Below are positions 1 to 12,307 of a stretch of 64,000 bases of DNA, piece by piece. The notes beneath the pieces were generated by a model. That model did not search any database. It saw nothing but the letters and a program-made list of their open reading frames with translations, and was not told the origin of the DNA. Position numbers and translations under genes: made by a program. Origin of the DNA: Callorhinchus milii (lineage: Eukaryota). The stretch is from the NCBI RefSeq assembly GCF_018977255.1, contig NW_024704742.1, positions 59,894,001 through 59,958,000 on the forward strand, written 5' to 3'. Position 1 is the stretch's first letter, and every line of letters begins with the position of its first letter.

Positions 1-870
1 GTTCTAAAATGCATCTCTAAAAACAAGTGATTATAACTTTGTACAGTCAGTGGTGAGACTACATTTGGAACAGTGTTGAGATTTTTTTTGTAAGATTTAA
101 AAAGGGCATTGTTGTATTGTAGAGGTTTCTGATGTGAAAGCTTCTTGCAGTTAAAACTCTTACAATTTACAAAGACTCACAGAATTTATAGTTTCCATTG
201 TCAAAAATTTGTGGGATAAACATGATTTTTAAAAATATAAACATATACTGGGGTAAAATTACAATCAATGTGTGACACAATAAGTATCACCAATATGTAT
301 GACATGACTGCTAAGAGGTATCCAAACCTCCGTTTAATTATACAGATGGTTGGGAGGAAACAAAATAGTTTGGCCCAAGCTGGTCAAATTCTTCACTGAC
401 CCATCACCATTACTCCTGCCAGCCAGAATCTCTGTCTTTGTCCCATTGCTCCAAACACCAGCCAAATTCTGAGTATGAGCTCAAAACCAGAGGACAAGAG
501 TGAAACATTTTTCAGTCAAAACGAGATTGGGGATCTGAGCAAAATAATCTTAAACTAGGTGCAATAGACTCTTAAATAAAACGCTGAGTTCATTGACATC
601 TCAGAAAGAAAAACACATGAGTATCTAGATGGGTTGAGCACGATGTACAAGCTGAATGTAATGGTTATGTTGACAGACCAATTGTTTATTTCTAGTGTTG
701 AGCACAAATGTGTTCTCCATTCCAAAATGGCACGGGTTGATGGTCTAATATTGCCTGTTTTTCAAGTTCATTTGCATCAGGTATGTACGTTTTGTGAATC
801 CACAGCTGAATGTTATTGGTAGAAGGTTTCACCCTCATGAAATTTTTCAGCCATGGAAAAATCAACAGAC
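1..870 (+). pseudogene. Endogenous viral element: 3' half of a paramyxovirus-type fusion (F) glycoprotein gene, decayed (copy A); continues off the left edge
   Basis: Frame 1, 4-135: LKCISKN..LCTVSGETTFGTVLRFFL plus frameshifted GIVV/CRGF*C resembles the F1 Cys-rich block (C..G...C....FG.RF.L..G.ivaNC....C). 532-636: DLSKIILN*VQ*TLK*NAEFIDISERKTHEYLDGL resembles heptad repeat B, followed by hydrophobic TM-like sequence. By-eye match. Confidence 0.6.
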
Positions 871-2579
871 TTGAACATTCCTTACCTCATGAGCACAGGA
901 GCACAAGCTGTGTGGGGTTGAATGGTCTGCAGGTGAAGAATTTAACAGTGAAAAACTAATGATCTGAACATCACATTAATTGACTTGTGTGGCCATTTCA
1001 GTAAAAAGCTTGAGTAGATATTATCATCCAATTAAATATATTACTGACAACTCCTTGATACATTCATTTACTTGTCTAAGCTTGTGCAGTGTATGATTTT
1101 CATAGTATTCATATCCTGAACAAATTAAAGCTAAGTGCTGCAACCAGCTCTTTCAAAGTCAAAGCCTAACTGAAGTGACCAAGAAAAGTCCTGAAGCTTA
1201 AAAATGTAAATCTCAATTTCAGTCTCAATATACACAAAAAGGAAAGAATTAACAGATATCCCTTTTTTTTAAATCACCGATATTTCAAATATTTGTTTAA
1301 AACAGCAGGTGCTGGGGGAGGAAAACAGTGTGGAGGTGAAGTCACTGAAATGGACGATTCGAGGAGGAAGAAATAATATTACTGGAAAGCTATCATTAAC
1401 TCAGGCTTCTTCAGTCATAATTATGTCATTATAGCTGTGCTAATTCAGCTTTTACACACCATCGAATACAGTGACTCATTGCAGGAACTTGCACCATTAC
1501 TTTTTGCCTTCACAGTTCTGACAAGAAGTGATCACACACAAAAAACAGGAAAGAAACTGAGGGAAAAACAAGTCAATGGCAATTCATGATTTTTTATAGA
1601 AGTTTCTGACACAAGCCTTCCCTCTTTAATAGCACAATAAGTCGTAGATTCCTGTACAGATAGGTGCCTTCTTATTCTGAAGTTTGATTATGGCAAAATA
1701 AATAGTTTAGTATTATTAATTGATCTGCACAGTTAGATTGTTTTCGATTCACTGAATTTTGCTCAACATTTATGTACTGACTAAGAAAACATTAAAGCAA
1801 AATAAAGGCTCTGTCAATGATCCTACCTATTTCTACGGACAGATGGTTGCCTGCTATTACTCCATGAAGCTTGTTTTAACTTGCATACACATCTTGCTCC
1901 AACTGCAATGTTCTTTGGAAACCCACAGATTCTTGACACCATATGTTATCTCAGAGATTTCTTCCTCAGATTTACAAATAGACTGCTGCAACATGTCCCT
2001 GATACTCAAAACAAATATGGATGCCTTTTTATTTCTTGCTTCCCCCCNACACCCCACAAAAAGGTTTTTGCTCTCTTTCATCCCGTTGGGATTTGTAGTA
2101 TTCATATGACCCGCACAGTATACGAGTGTGAAACTGGAAGTAAACCGCAAGCACTCTAATGCATTTTACCTGGTGCAGATTTCACCGGCATCATCAATGG
2201 GTCTGAATGGTTGAGTAGTTGTGAGTGATGAGCCAGATCAATACCGTACCATATCCTCAATTACTAACAAGGGAAAAGTGCTTTGATTGCTGAGCCTGCA
2301 ATTTAACCCTGCGTGGAAACAATACGTGTATTTTTGTGGAAGATAAAATCTTATTTTGAGGTTCAGCTCAGCTGAAGTTTGAAACAAAAAAATTCTAAAC
2401 TTTAATCTTCTTCTGTTTGGCTTCGCTGATGACTCATTTGAGAAAAGCCAAGATATCCTCACTCTGCGTCCAGGAAGGTCCTACATTTGATTCCTTGGAT
2501 TATATTCAGCTAGCTCGGGAAAATGGCTCGGCAGAACACTGTGGTTAATAATGCTATTGTTACCTGAATTACACATTAC

Positions 2580-2955
2580 ATAGAGTGACAAGGCACAGAT
2601 ATGAGGCATTCAGCCCAAATAGTCCATACCAAAGTTTATACTCCTGATGAGCCGTTTCCCCTCCTAATACACTCTCTTAAACTCTTTGATTCTCTTCTCC
2701 CTCAGGCATACATCAAGCATCCTCATAAATACATTGATGAGTTTTGTTCAATCACAGCTTCTAGCTGTGAGTTCATCATTCCAACTACCATCTGCATCAA
2801 GAGGTTCCTCCTGAACTCTTTTTCACATTTGCTGCTACCTAACTTACATTTAAGCCTCCTCGTTTTGGACTCAACAAGAAGTGGAAACAGCCTATTAATA
2901 TTTTCCTTATCAAATCTTTTCATAATCTTAAACACCTTTATTAGGTCCCCTGTCA
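2580..2955 (-). mobile_element. CR1-clade LINE 3' fragment
   Basis: ORF 2723-2956 GDLIKVFKIMKRFDKENINRLFPL...TR..KCKL matches the CR1 ORF2 C-terminus; typical GGGCTGAATGCCT 3' UTR on the minus strand. Confidence 0.85.
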
Positions 2956-4954
2956 ATTATGTTAGAACACCTCAGTCATTGGGCACGTGTCCTTCACAAA
3001 CTTGACACTGGGATGCTTAATTTTGGCACGTGAAGGCATTTGACATTGTGTTTCCTCAAATGTACCTTCATCTGCCCATCTCCTTATCATACATAATGTT
3101 TCCGGTTGGAAAATTCTGCAAATACTAGTTGAAAACATACAGCTTGTTACTGATCCCTGACGTAAGTGCCCCTCACAACGTTGAGCAAAATGCTCCAAAC
3201 AATCTTTTATTCAGATACAAGAATCATCTCTGTCCCTCTCACAAAGAAGGAAACAATGCCTCAAGTCACTCATGCATATGTACAAGTGGATTGCTTTGAG
3301 ATAGCAAAGCTGTCACATTTAATTTCTGTGACATTGATTTTCTTTCTGCACTGTCATTCTTTGCACAGCAAAGAAAGAGTGTGAGTGTTGATGTGACAAA
3401 CTAAATAAGAATACAGGCCAGTCCCATTAGAACAACTCCCTCTTAGGCTGCAGTCCATTAAGCTGCACTAACCAGAAGCAGATACAGCTGACTTTGGTAT
3501 TGACTAGCTGCCATCCCCCACTAAAAAAAGGCCGCCTTCTGCTTCTGGCATTATTTCTTGTACATTGAATACTTGCGCACTATGCTCAGCAATTTATCAC
3601 TGATGTGACTTACTGTACATGCAAATGTTGCACAGGGAGCAGGTCCAATGTCACTTCATGTGTACTGTGTATTCGTGTTATGTGCAGAAGTGATGTGAAC
3701 ATCAATTCCTGTGCGCTGTGCAAGCAGGAAGAACATGACATCAGTGGGACTTGAGCCTATGAGCAGGAAGTGATGAGTGCAGCAACCTGATGACCTGGAA
3801 GTTGCCCATTTTTTGAGGTTTCCTTATAACAAAAAGTTTGAGATAATGGATTCAAACAGACATGTTATACCACTCCTGTAAATAATAATTAACCTTGCAT
3901 TTGATATAACACTAATAATGTCAATACATCTCAAAGCATTTCACAGGTAATTGTTGTCAAATGTTACAACTGTGCAATTGTAGACAAACATGGCAACCAA
4001 TTTGCACCCAACAAAAGACCTAAAAACAATTATAAACTGCAAAACCAATTGAAGTGATTGTGACAAACTCATTTCTGCTTTCAAATTGTCTCATGCAATC
4101 TTTAACTTTCACGTGGACAGACAGGGCCTTTAACTGTTTTGATACCTAGGTTTTAAATGGGCTCACGATGACTGTTGCACTCCCCTTCGCCATGACAGTG
4201 GGCTGACCATGCTATGTTGCCCCCCACCCCTCTCCCAGTCTGCTCTTAGTCTCAGCGTGTGCATTTTGGCTGCCGCCACCGAACCAAGCTGCTTCTCCCA
4301 AAAATACTCCCACCCCTGTCCCATACGATCCACTCAACCCTTCTCTCTCACCACCCTCCCTGCCTCCTATCCCTGCTCAACCTTCCATCAGCCTCTCTCT
4401 GCTCCAGCCTGTGAATCCTCCGTCGTTTCCACCGTGGCAGACGCTGTTGGCTGTCCAACAGCAGCCACTCTAACTGCTCCATCCCCCACCTCTGGTGAAA
4501 GCCCATCAGTTCCAAAGCCTATTCTTTGGCCTGAATTATTAATTCTTGGTAGTTGTACTAGCTTAAGAACTACAAACATGGCAGCCAAGTTGCACATTTT
4601 TATTGTGCTTCACCACCCATTATCATGATCTATACATTTTCTTTGAATCCCATTCAAGGATATTTATTCACAGTTGCTCATATCTTCATGAAATAGCTAT
4701 AGCTGCTTTAACTGCAAATCTCTTCCATATGTCGATTATTACTTTCCTGATCTCAAGTATTGACTGAGGCTAGTTAATTTCGGACTTGCATGTTATATTT
4801 CTGCTTTTGCAGTCAAAGTCGAATAACCTACATCTACATTACTTCCTTGTTTTCACTTTTTCAAAATCCTGGATTTATGTCTCCTCTCTCTTTGATTTAT
4901 CTAATTCAAACAAGTTCCATTCTGAAAAGGCTCAAAGTTATTAACTTCCAGAGC

Positions 4955-5270
4955 GGAAAAGTGGAGGGATAGAGGAAGAGTTTTCCAGCGTTTTGAAAGC
5001 CCAGCCACTGATGGTGGAACGGAAGGCATGAGGGAGATGGAAGACGCTGGAGCCAGTCGAGCGGAGGCAGCGGTTAGTGGGTTGGAAAATAAGCAGGTCG
5101 GAGAGGTAAGGAGGTGCCAGAGCCTGAAGGGATTTGAAGTTGAGTGTGAGGATCTTGAAATCAATCTGTTCGTAATAGAGAGTCAGTAGAGCCGAGCTAG
5201 AACTGGTGTGATGGGGGTTCGGTGTTTAGTATGTGGGCAGTGGAGTTTTGGATTAGCTGGATTTTGTGTA
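4955..5270 (-). mobile_element. Old L2 LINE 3' ORF2 fragment
   Basis: Similar to the young L2 at 45757-47286 (gaggatcttgaaatcaatct.., gatggtggaacgg). Confidence 0.7.
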
Positions 5271-6062
5271 TAGTTCACAACTCATCCTTCTCCCTCTGTT
5301 AATTTTCATGGTCCTTCACCCTGTGACTTTATGTGGGACATTGCTATTTGCAATTTGCTGTTGTATTCACCTACAAAAATCATGTTGTCACACCACTTTA
5401 CAATATATCCTCTGAAGCACTTTGAATTGTCTCGATGATGTGATAAGGCGCTATATCAAATACAAGAATTATTATTAATGCTTTTCTCTGGATCAATCCA
5501 ATCTTATTGAAGGAAGAACAACAAAAATGGCTCATAAATTTCCAGAATAGGCCTATCAATGAACTGGACAGTTACAATAGCTCAACCCAAGCCCTTTGGG
5601 ATGCTTTCCAGTACATTATCATAAGCCAAGTTAAACAGTTTCATTTTGACTGCATATGTTCAGTGTGTGATCAATAATCACTTCTAATTGGGCTTCTCGT
5701 TAGGCCGAATGGCCTACTCATGTTCCTACTTTCATAAATTGCTTTACTATTCATCTTTGTTACTACATACTCATCTATCATGTTTCATGGTTTAATATAC
5801 ATAGCATTAAATTCACATTAACACTATCTGCCATCCATTAATTGATCCAGACACCAGTAATTGTATCTATATCAAGCTCACAAAGGAAAACAGAAGCCAA
5901 GGAACAGGAATTGGTCATTTAGTCCATTAAGTCTGCTATTAATTCTATGACCCTATCCAATTAAATTCACTCTCCCTACCATTTTTCCATATACCTTAAT
6001 ATCCTTACTTGCTATCTAATGTACTTCATGAACCATGCAACAACATGAATGTGAAACTGATA

Positions 6063-6221
6063 CAGTAAACTCCTGATAACTTAACCCTGGCTTAACTTGT
6101 CACTACTACTTAAGTCATCATACTGTCAACATCCTGGCCAACATATGCGTAACTTGCCACACTGCCGTACTCGTCACTGAGCCCATTTCTCTTGGAGTGA
6201 CGAGTTAATGGGAGTTTACTG
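6063..6221. mobile_element. Short non-autonomous DNA transposon (MITE, Tc1/pogo-type ends)
   Basis: Terminal inverted repeats CAGTAAACTCC (6063-6073) and GGAGTTTACTG (6211-6221); TA immediately 5'. Confidence 0.7.
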
Positions 6222-9200
6222 AAGTTAGTGCTATACAAATACAATTTGTTGTTATTTGCAGGGATTCTTAAATGGATTAAAATCAATGTATATCAAACCC
6301 ACGCTGCAGCAGGAACATTCAATTGTTAGTAACTAAAACAAATCTAATAAGGAAATCTATGTCCTTATAGTTTTTTTCCTTTCCGCCATCTTATATGACG
6401 CAAAATTGTGGAGACGAAAGGTTGTAAAAAGTTATTACATTTTTGAACTTTATTAAAGCTACAACTTCAAGCATTGACCTGGAGTCTCTATAACTGCAGT
6501 CAGAGTATTTTATTCTGACCGAACTCAATTTATTAGAAAAAGAGCAATACTCAGAGCAATGCCTGTAAATGTTGTCAAATGCTGTTTACACAGAGCAATC
6601 AATTACAACAACTAAACATTTCTGTACTCAAATTGTTCAGTTACTTCCTGTAGCAGAATGGGAGCATTAGCCCTGTATTTTCTATTGATATATAAATTTA
6701 AATGCAATTAGGACATTTCAAAAGAATCCAGATTTGTTGTGCTTTTTGAATAAATTCTTCCATTGTGCTGAACTCTGAAGTAAATATCTGTATGGATATT
6801 GATTGGGTCCAACCTCCTTAATTCAACCCAATATTTCATCCACACAAATTTGAGTAATCCCTTTTGAGAGAACATGATAATTGGTTTAGCAGGAAATGGG
6901 ACTATCTCACTGGTGTATTGGTGGCATTCTTCCAAAGTTAGACTTCATCCTTCAAAGGCTAATCATTAATAAAAAAAATTACGGTTCAACTAATCCAGCA
7001 AATTTGTAGATGATTTCAGGCTCGCTGCTTTCTCTAATTATAATGCACTGAAGGCAACAAATAAATTTGAAAGCAATTCACTTTCTGCAGATATGGGACA
7101 GAAAACAAAGGTTGTAGCCTTTATCTAAACAAAGGATCTCTATCAATTTTATATGTTCATGGACTTGAAGTATGATTTACCTTTCATATTTACTAACCTG
7201 CTTAAAACTTCACAGAAAATTATACATTTGGAAATTAAGGGGTTATAAAGCAGATTTTTTGAAAAACACCAGAATTGTTTTTGTAAGCTGTTTTTTTCGA
7301 CATTACAAAGTGTTTCGAATGACAGCTTGGTTCAGAATCTTTTACAATGGACAGTTCATAGAACCTGGATAAAGGAAAAAGTATGCTCACTTCAGCAGAT
7401 GAACTTTCACTCATCAGAATAGAGTTTTTAAAGACGAAACAGAAGGGGGTTTAATAAGGGTATTTTATGTGTCTATAGCAATTATATACTGTCTTGCTAG
7501 TGTCTGCTAAGTGTTATGTTTCTTTTGGCAATCTGTCTTATAAAGCTGTCATTTGCATGTGAATTGTTATAGTATCCTCTATTTCAGGAGATGCAGGGAC
7601 GTGTTATAAAGTCATTGCAACCTCGTAAGGAAAATGCTGCAAGTGCGATACTGGTAAGCTGTCATGTTATGCAGTTCTGCAAATGGTGAAGAGAGCATAG
7701 CTGGGATCTACATTTTAGGACATAAACTGAGAGAAATCCAAAACGGAACACAAACAAACTTATGTCAGTTAGTAAGGAGATTTGACTGATACATATTGCT
7801 GGCATTTTAAAAATTATCCACAATTACTTATTTTTAAAATCGAATAATAAACATTGTAGATTTTTTTTGATAAAAAAAAGATATGGAACAGTTAATGCAG
7901 AGCTAATATTGTTGCTCTGATTTCATATAGTACACTCTGATCCTGATTAATTATCGGTGTCATTTTGTCCTTTCCTCACAATCCATTACTCAAACATTAT
8001 TCAAACTTCAAGGAAATTATTTGAAGTAAATATAATAAGATTGACCCACATGCAGTCAACATTTTACAACTTCCAAGTGATAATCCACCGATACATTTTA
8101 AGATAAGAGAATTACCACAACATCTAAAAAAAGTTGCACTGTTAAGTGAGCTGTGATGAGCTAATGTAGTATTTAAAATAACTTGGAATTATTTACAACT
8201 CATTGAATTATTGAATAATTATGACTACAGTAACAATTGCAGCATAAACACCAGGGAACTGAATGTGTTTCTTCTTGCCATTTTCCAAGCACCATTTAAT
8301 TTGAGTGGAAGAAATAGATGGCAAGAGTAAACCTGCAACATTAATAGGTTGAAGTAATTTACTGAACTGCTGCTTCTCAGAGGAAAATCATTTGGGGGAG
8401 GTCTGGAACTCTGAGCAGTGACGTCACGCGCTACAGCTAATGAATAATAAGATGTATACCACTGATGCAAGCCTCAATCCCCAGTGACATGTTGATAGAA
8501 ACCTGCTGATTCAGGCTGCTATGGAAACAGATGGAAGACCAATGCAATTGTGCTGCTCTGTAGTTGACCACAAAATGTACCCATATATCCCAATACCACT
8601 TCAGTATGGAAATACTTGAATTGGGGTTCATTGTGCATTTCTCCCACAAATTACACACTTTACAATATATTCTGTGAAGTGCTTTGAGACATCTCAACAA
8701 CCTGATAAGGTGCTATATCAATTGCAAGGATTACTAATATTAAACAAGTATGGATGTATGTTTATCCAAGACAATTACTGCAACGTGATCATAAAATTAA
8801 TTTTGTTCAGATAAAATTATACAGAATTTTTCTCCCCTCCAGTAATGGTGAATTGACAATGGTTATACCTCTCCCATGAAATTGATGTGCAAACATATTG
8901 TAGGTGAAAACACCATTTCAACTTATGTTTTGGACAGCCAAAAACGTTCCATTTACACTAATAGTGGGATTTTCTGCTGCTAGCTGAACAACAGCATCCT
9001 TCGACTCTAGACTCCTTATTGAAATGAAGAAGATAAATGCAAATGTGTTTGTTAAAACGATAGGTTTACACATTTTCTTTTTCAAAGAAATACAGGGAGA
9101 TTTCCTCGACGAACACATTCAACAGGATCAAAATAGAAATGAAAAAGAAGACTGATTTGACATTGACCAACTTAACGAAATCTCTGAACAACTTCTAAAC

Positions 9201-9802
9201 TTGAGAGGTTCAAGGTGTTGTTGGAAATCACTTTCTAAAGACCCCTCCATGATGTTGAAGTTTGATGTTCATCAAAAGATTGATGTGGAAACTCTTTGGA
9301 CATGCAGTGATGGAAGGTATCATCAGGATTGTGAGTTCACAAGCACATTCTCTTAGAGTCAAGATTTGAGGGGTTTCTCAGATAACTAAGCCAATAGTTT
9401 GTGTAAGCAAACCCAGAATTCTGAGTTGCCCTCAGTTGACCAAAAAAAATTCATAAATACTCATGGACTTGTTTAGTTATCCATAAAAGCCAACGACAAT
9501 GGCAAATTAGTTGGAAGCATGTTTACAGAACACAAAGTTTCAACATCCTCGTTGTTGGACATTAAATCTGTGGTATTCAGACTTGTTTAAAACAAACTGC
9601 AGGAATTTTGCAAGGGAATTTTGACATCTGTGGATAATGGTTACGAGAGGAGACTATCTGACTAAAAAAATGTTTTTGTGGAGCTGAATGCCAGATGTCT
9701 TTACAAGGTCGATGTGTATGATTTTGTAAGATATAAATGTAAGGATAATACTCTCAACAAAAAGGAGAAGAGCAGAGATTACGAAAACGGACTAACTACC
9801 CG

Positions 9803-10129
9803 TAATAATAATAATAATAGTAATCCTTGCATTTGATATAGCGCTTTTCACGTCTTCTAGACATCCCAAAGCGCTTCACAGAATATACTGTAAAGTGAAT
9901 TGACTGTATATTTGTGGGCGAACGCGGCAGCCAATTGCGCACAGCAATGTCCCACAAACAGTTGTGGATTGAAAATGACTAATTTATTATTGTTTTTTTG
10001 TTTTTTTGGAGGGATTATTATTAGGCGTGTGGAGTAAGGAAACTTGCCCAAGGTTTCTCCCTGCCTGGAATTGAACTCAGGTCTCTCACTTGCAAAGCGA
10101 GTGCTCTAACCACTGAGCTACAGGACTCC
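9803..10129 (-). mobile_element. Full-length tRNA-derived SINE (young subfamily) inserted in L copy A
   Basis: Head GGAGTCCTGTAGCTCAGTGGTTAGAGC with A/B-box-like elements, L2-like 3' end, (TTA)n tail; many near-identical copies in the window. Confidence 0.95.
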
Positions 10130-10251
10130 GTAACCAACAGCTTAAAAGGATTTACAAGAAAAAGAGCGATACAACTATCAACATACTGATCAACGATCAA
10201 CACTTAAAAAAACAATGCTGGTACTAATCAGTCAGTTGGTTCTTCTTCCAC

Positions 10252-10513
10252 CTCTTCCGAGCCTTCAGCTCCCCTCTCGACTCTCTTCCCCCTCCTCGCT
10301 CCCTCCCTTCCCTCCCCTCACCCTGACCATTTCCCCCCTCCTCTCTCCCTCCCTTCCCTCCCCTCACCCTGACCATTTCCCCCCTCCTCGCTCCCTCCCC
10401 TCACCCTGACCATTTCCCCCCTGCTCGGGTCATGACCCAACTGTGCAGCGCTTGGGACGTCCTCCTGACGTGGAAGGCGCTTTATAAATGGAATCTTGTT
10501 GTTGTTATTGTTG
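10252..10513 (+). mobile_element. 5'-truncated L2 3' end with target-site duplication TTCCAC
   Basis: Matches the 3' UTR of the L2 copies at 16410 and 45757; (GTT)n tail; TTCCAC at 10246-10251 and 10514-10519. Confidence 0.9.
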
Positions 10514-10911
10514 TTCCACAATATTGGTCTGACCAACTTTACTTGTTGTGAATTGTATTAAATATACGTAAGCATTACTTTTGATTGATTAACTGCTTGT
10601 AATTTGCATAACCTTACTAATTTGTATTAATGAATATCAATTGATTGAAGAATTTGTGTTGGTCCTTACTTCACCGCAGGGTCATGAATTTAAAAAAAAC
10701 CTTAAAAAAAAACAATAATAATTTGGTCACTCAAACTACGACTGTTTGTGAAAAGCTGTTGTGTGCAATTGGCTGCCACATTTCACCCACAAATATATAG
10801 TCAATTCACTTTACAGTATTTTCTGTGAAGCACTTTGAAACATCTAGAAGACGTCTTGAAGACGTAAAAAGTGCTATATAAAATGCAAGTATTATTTTGT
10901 TATTATTATTA

Positions 10912-12300
10912 AGTAACCCCTACATTAGGAAGTTTTGCACCTTTTTCAAGTTAAATTACTGATAAATAGCTTATAATTGTGACCAAGACTGTGTTTTGGA
11001 GGTTGAGTATACTCACAAATTTTATGTCATCTGCTTTATTCACCTTATCATTTGAGAAAACCTTGGTGCTGGTTAACTATCTAGCAAGAGACCAATCCCA
11101 GACTTGTCAGAAGTGTGTATAACTTACTTGTAGCTATACTGCTGGGTGATGGTGGGACAGTGGCGATTATCTGGGTTTGAGCTGGTTCCAAGGCAATACA
11201 CTTGCTAAAGGAAGAATAGAACAAGTCAATTATTTATGGTGGATTCATGGGTCCGATATTAAAATGGAGGTGCTGTATTATTCCATTACAATCAGATGGA
11301 TGGACCAGCCTATCTGGCTCATCAATGGAACTTGAGACATGAGTAGATATTCTCATTCGCAAAACAGTATATCATGCCCTCACAGAGGGACAGCTATGAG
11401 GATAGAGCAGGCGAGTTGAAGGGATTCCGGGAAGGAGCTCCAGAAAGTAGGACAGCTTATTTGAAGCTCATCCACTAATGTTGAACAGATATGACAAGAC
11501 GCATGAAGCAGACCAGTGTTCACTGAGTGAAGGGACCAGCTTGGCGGTAGGTTTGTAGGATGTCACAAAGATAAGGTGGGGTGAGGCTGTGGAGAGATTT
11601 TAAAATTAAAACTGGGATCTTGAATTCAATCTGCTGGGGAAATGGGAAATCAGTGGAGTAGTTATGCAAGGATGGAAGTGATAGGCTTGCAGAACCTGTT
11701 GTGGATAGTGGAGAGTTCTGGATTTTGTTGGGAAATTGTTGGGGAGCAGGGCATTGGCATAGCCAAGACTGATCGTGATGAATGTGTGAATGAGGGCACT
11801 TGCTGCACACGATTCAGCATCGAACATTCAGTGTTAGCCACCATTTTAGGCAGCTCTTATTTGGCAGTAATTGGAGATCTGGAATTCGTTGAGAACTTTT
11901 GTCGAGTTCAAGTCCTACTTTCCTTCAATCATAATAGAAAGGCTAAAAGTAAGCACCGTAGCCCATCTTTGGTTTGCTTGAGAACAGGTGTAGGCTGTTC
12001 ATTGGAACAGACAAAATGATGTGCCTGGAACTTAATGGCATCGTTGAAAACGACTACACAAAGCAAAATTTCCATGAAACCCCTGAAGAAACTACAATGA
12101 AGAGAAGGTTAACCAGATGGTGACCCCAGGCTTCAACTTAGATTCTTCATAGTCTGCAGAACTTGTCAAACAAAACAGCTGAGCTACAACCCATAGATTC
12201 AAAAAAATGGTCATCATATAAACAACATTGGCAGACTTAATTGAAAGATTTCCATGGTCTTTCTGTACTTTATACCTTCAAAGCTTTTATCAAAGCACAC
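10912..12300 (+). pseudogene. Endogenous viral element: paramyxovirus-type nucleocapsid (N) gene, decayed, interrupted by L2 (~11380-11800) (copy B)
   Basis: GTVAIIWV*AGSKAI 11154-11198 (~GTILAQIWVLLAKAV); YLAVIGDLEFVEN 11858-11896 (~YYAMVGDIGKYIEN); PSLVCLRTGVGCSLE ~11963-12007 (~YP..WSYAMGVG). The order matches N, with apparent internal deletions. Confidence 0.65.
11380..11800 (-). mobile_element. Old L2 LINE 3' ORF2 fragment
   Basis: Minus-strand ORFs LIHTFITISLGYANALL and FPQQIEFKIPVLILKSLHSLTPPYL match the L2 ORF2 C-terminus. Confidence 0.85.
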
Positions 12301-12307
12301 AATTATA

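Larger units (their letters stand above)
922..10561 (+). pseudogene. Endogenous viral element: near full-length Mononegavirales (paramyxovirus-like) L polymerase gene, decayed and split by about 10 TE insertions (copy A)
   Basis: Collinear motifs across frames: SEHHIN*LV 963-989 (~PExHLNSPIV); FGNPQILDTICYL 1914-1952; HP 2050-2055 (~GHP); RFHRHHQW 2177-2200; KCFD..IFVEDK 2276-2347 (~IFxKDK); FDSLDYI 2486-2506; LQILVE 3116-3133; HMYKWIALR* 3275-3304 (motif A); GID..IISC 3496-3561 (motif B); ISSID*G 4750-4770; WINP..PKPFG 5489-5600 (~PxxLGG); MTQNCGD 6395-6415; GQKT 7096-7107 (GxxT); W 7229; HR 7357-7362; NYILSC* 7480-7500; HLHVNC 7550-7567; MTase-like ILMDL 9457-9471 and K 9564. GDNQ itself was not found. 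Confidence 0.75.

Noticed and set aside
886..926. Possible 41-nt minus-strand host exon (CTGCAG acceptor, GTAAGG donor)
   Set aside because: No recognisable product, and it lies at the F/L boundary of the viral fossil. It cannot be excluded as a non-coding exon without RNA data.
999..1014. Gene-end/CTT-like motif CAGTAAAAAGCTTGAG
   Set aside because: It falls downstream of the L N-terminal motif (963-989), so it is inside L. It also shows such motifs can arise by chance.
5480..5640. L1 ORF2-like fragment (WINPILL..QALWDAF)
   Set aside because: Its position and the overlapping INP..W..PKPFG/FQY..S pattern fit the L polymerase PxxLGG region collinearly; no other L1 sequence was seen nearby.
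7588..7653. Possible 66-nt plus-strand exon (EMQGRVIKSLQPRKENAASAIL)
   Set aside because: It lies inside L copy A just after HLHVNC; isolated and unidentifiable.
9600..9690. SF3/D5 helicase-like DNGYERRL suggesting a Polinton or DNA virus
   Set aside because: No Walker A/B at suitable spacing; the region is collinear with the L methyltransferase domain.
11128..11204. Possible 77-nt minus-strand exon with good splice sites
   Set aside because: The opposite strand encodes the N motif GTVAIIWV..KAI, which explains the sequence better; no coherent host gene model emerged.
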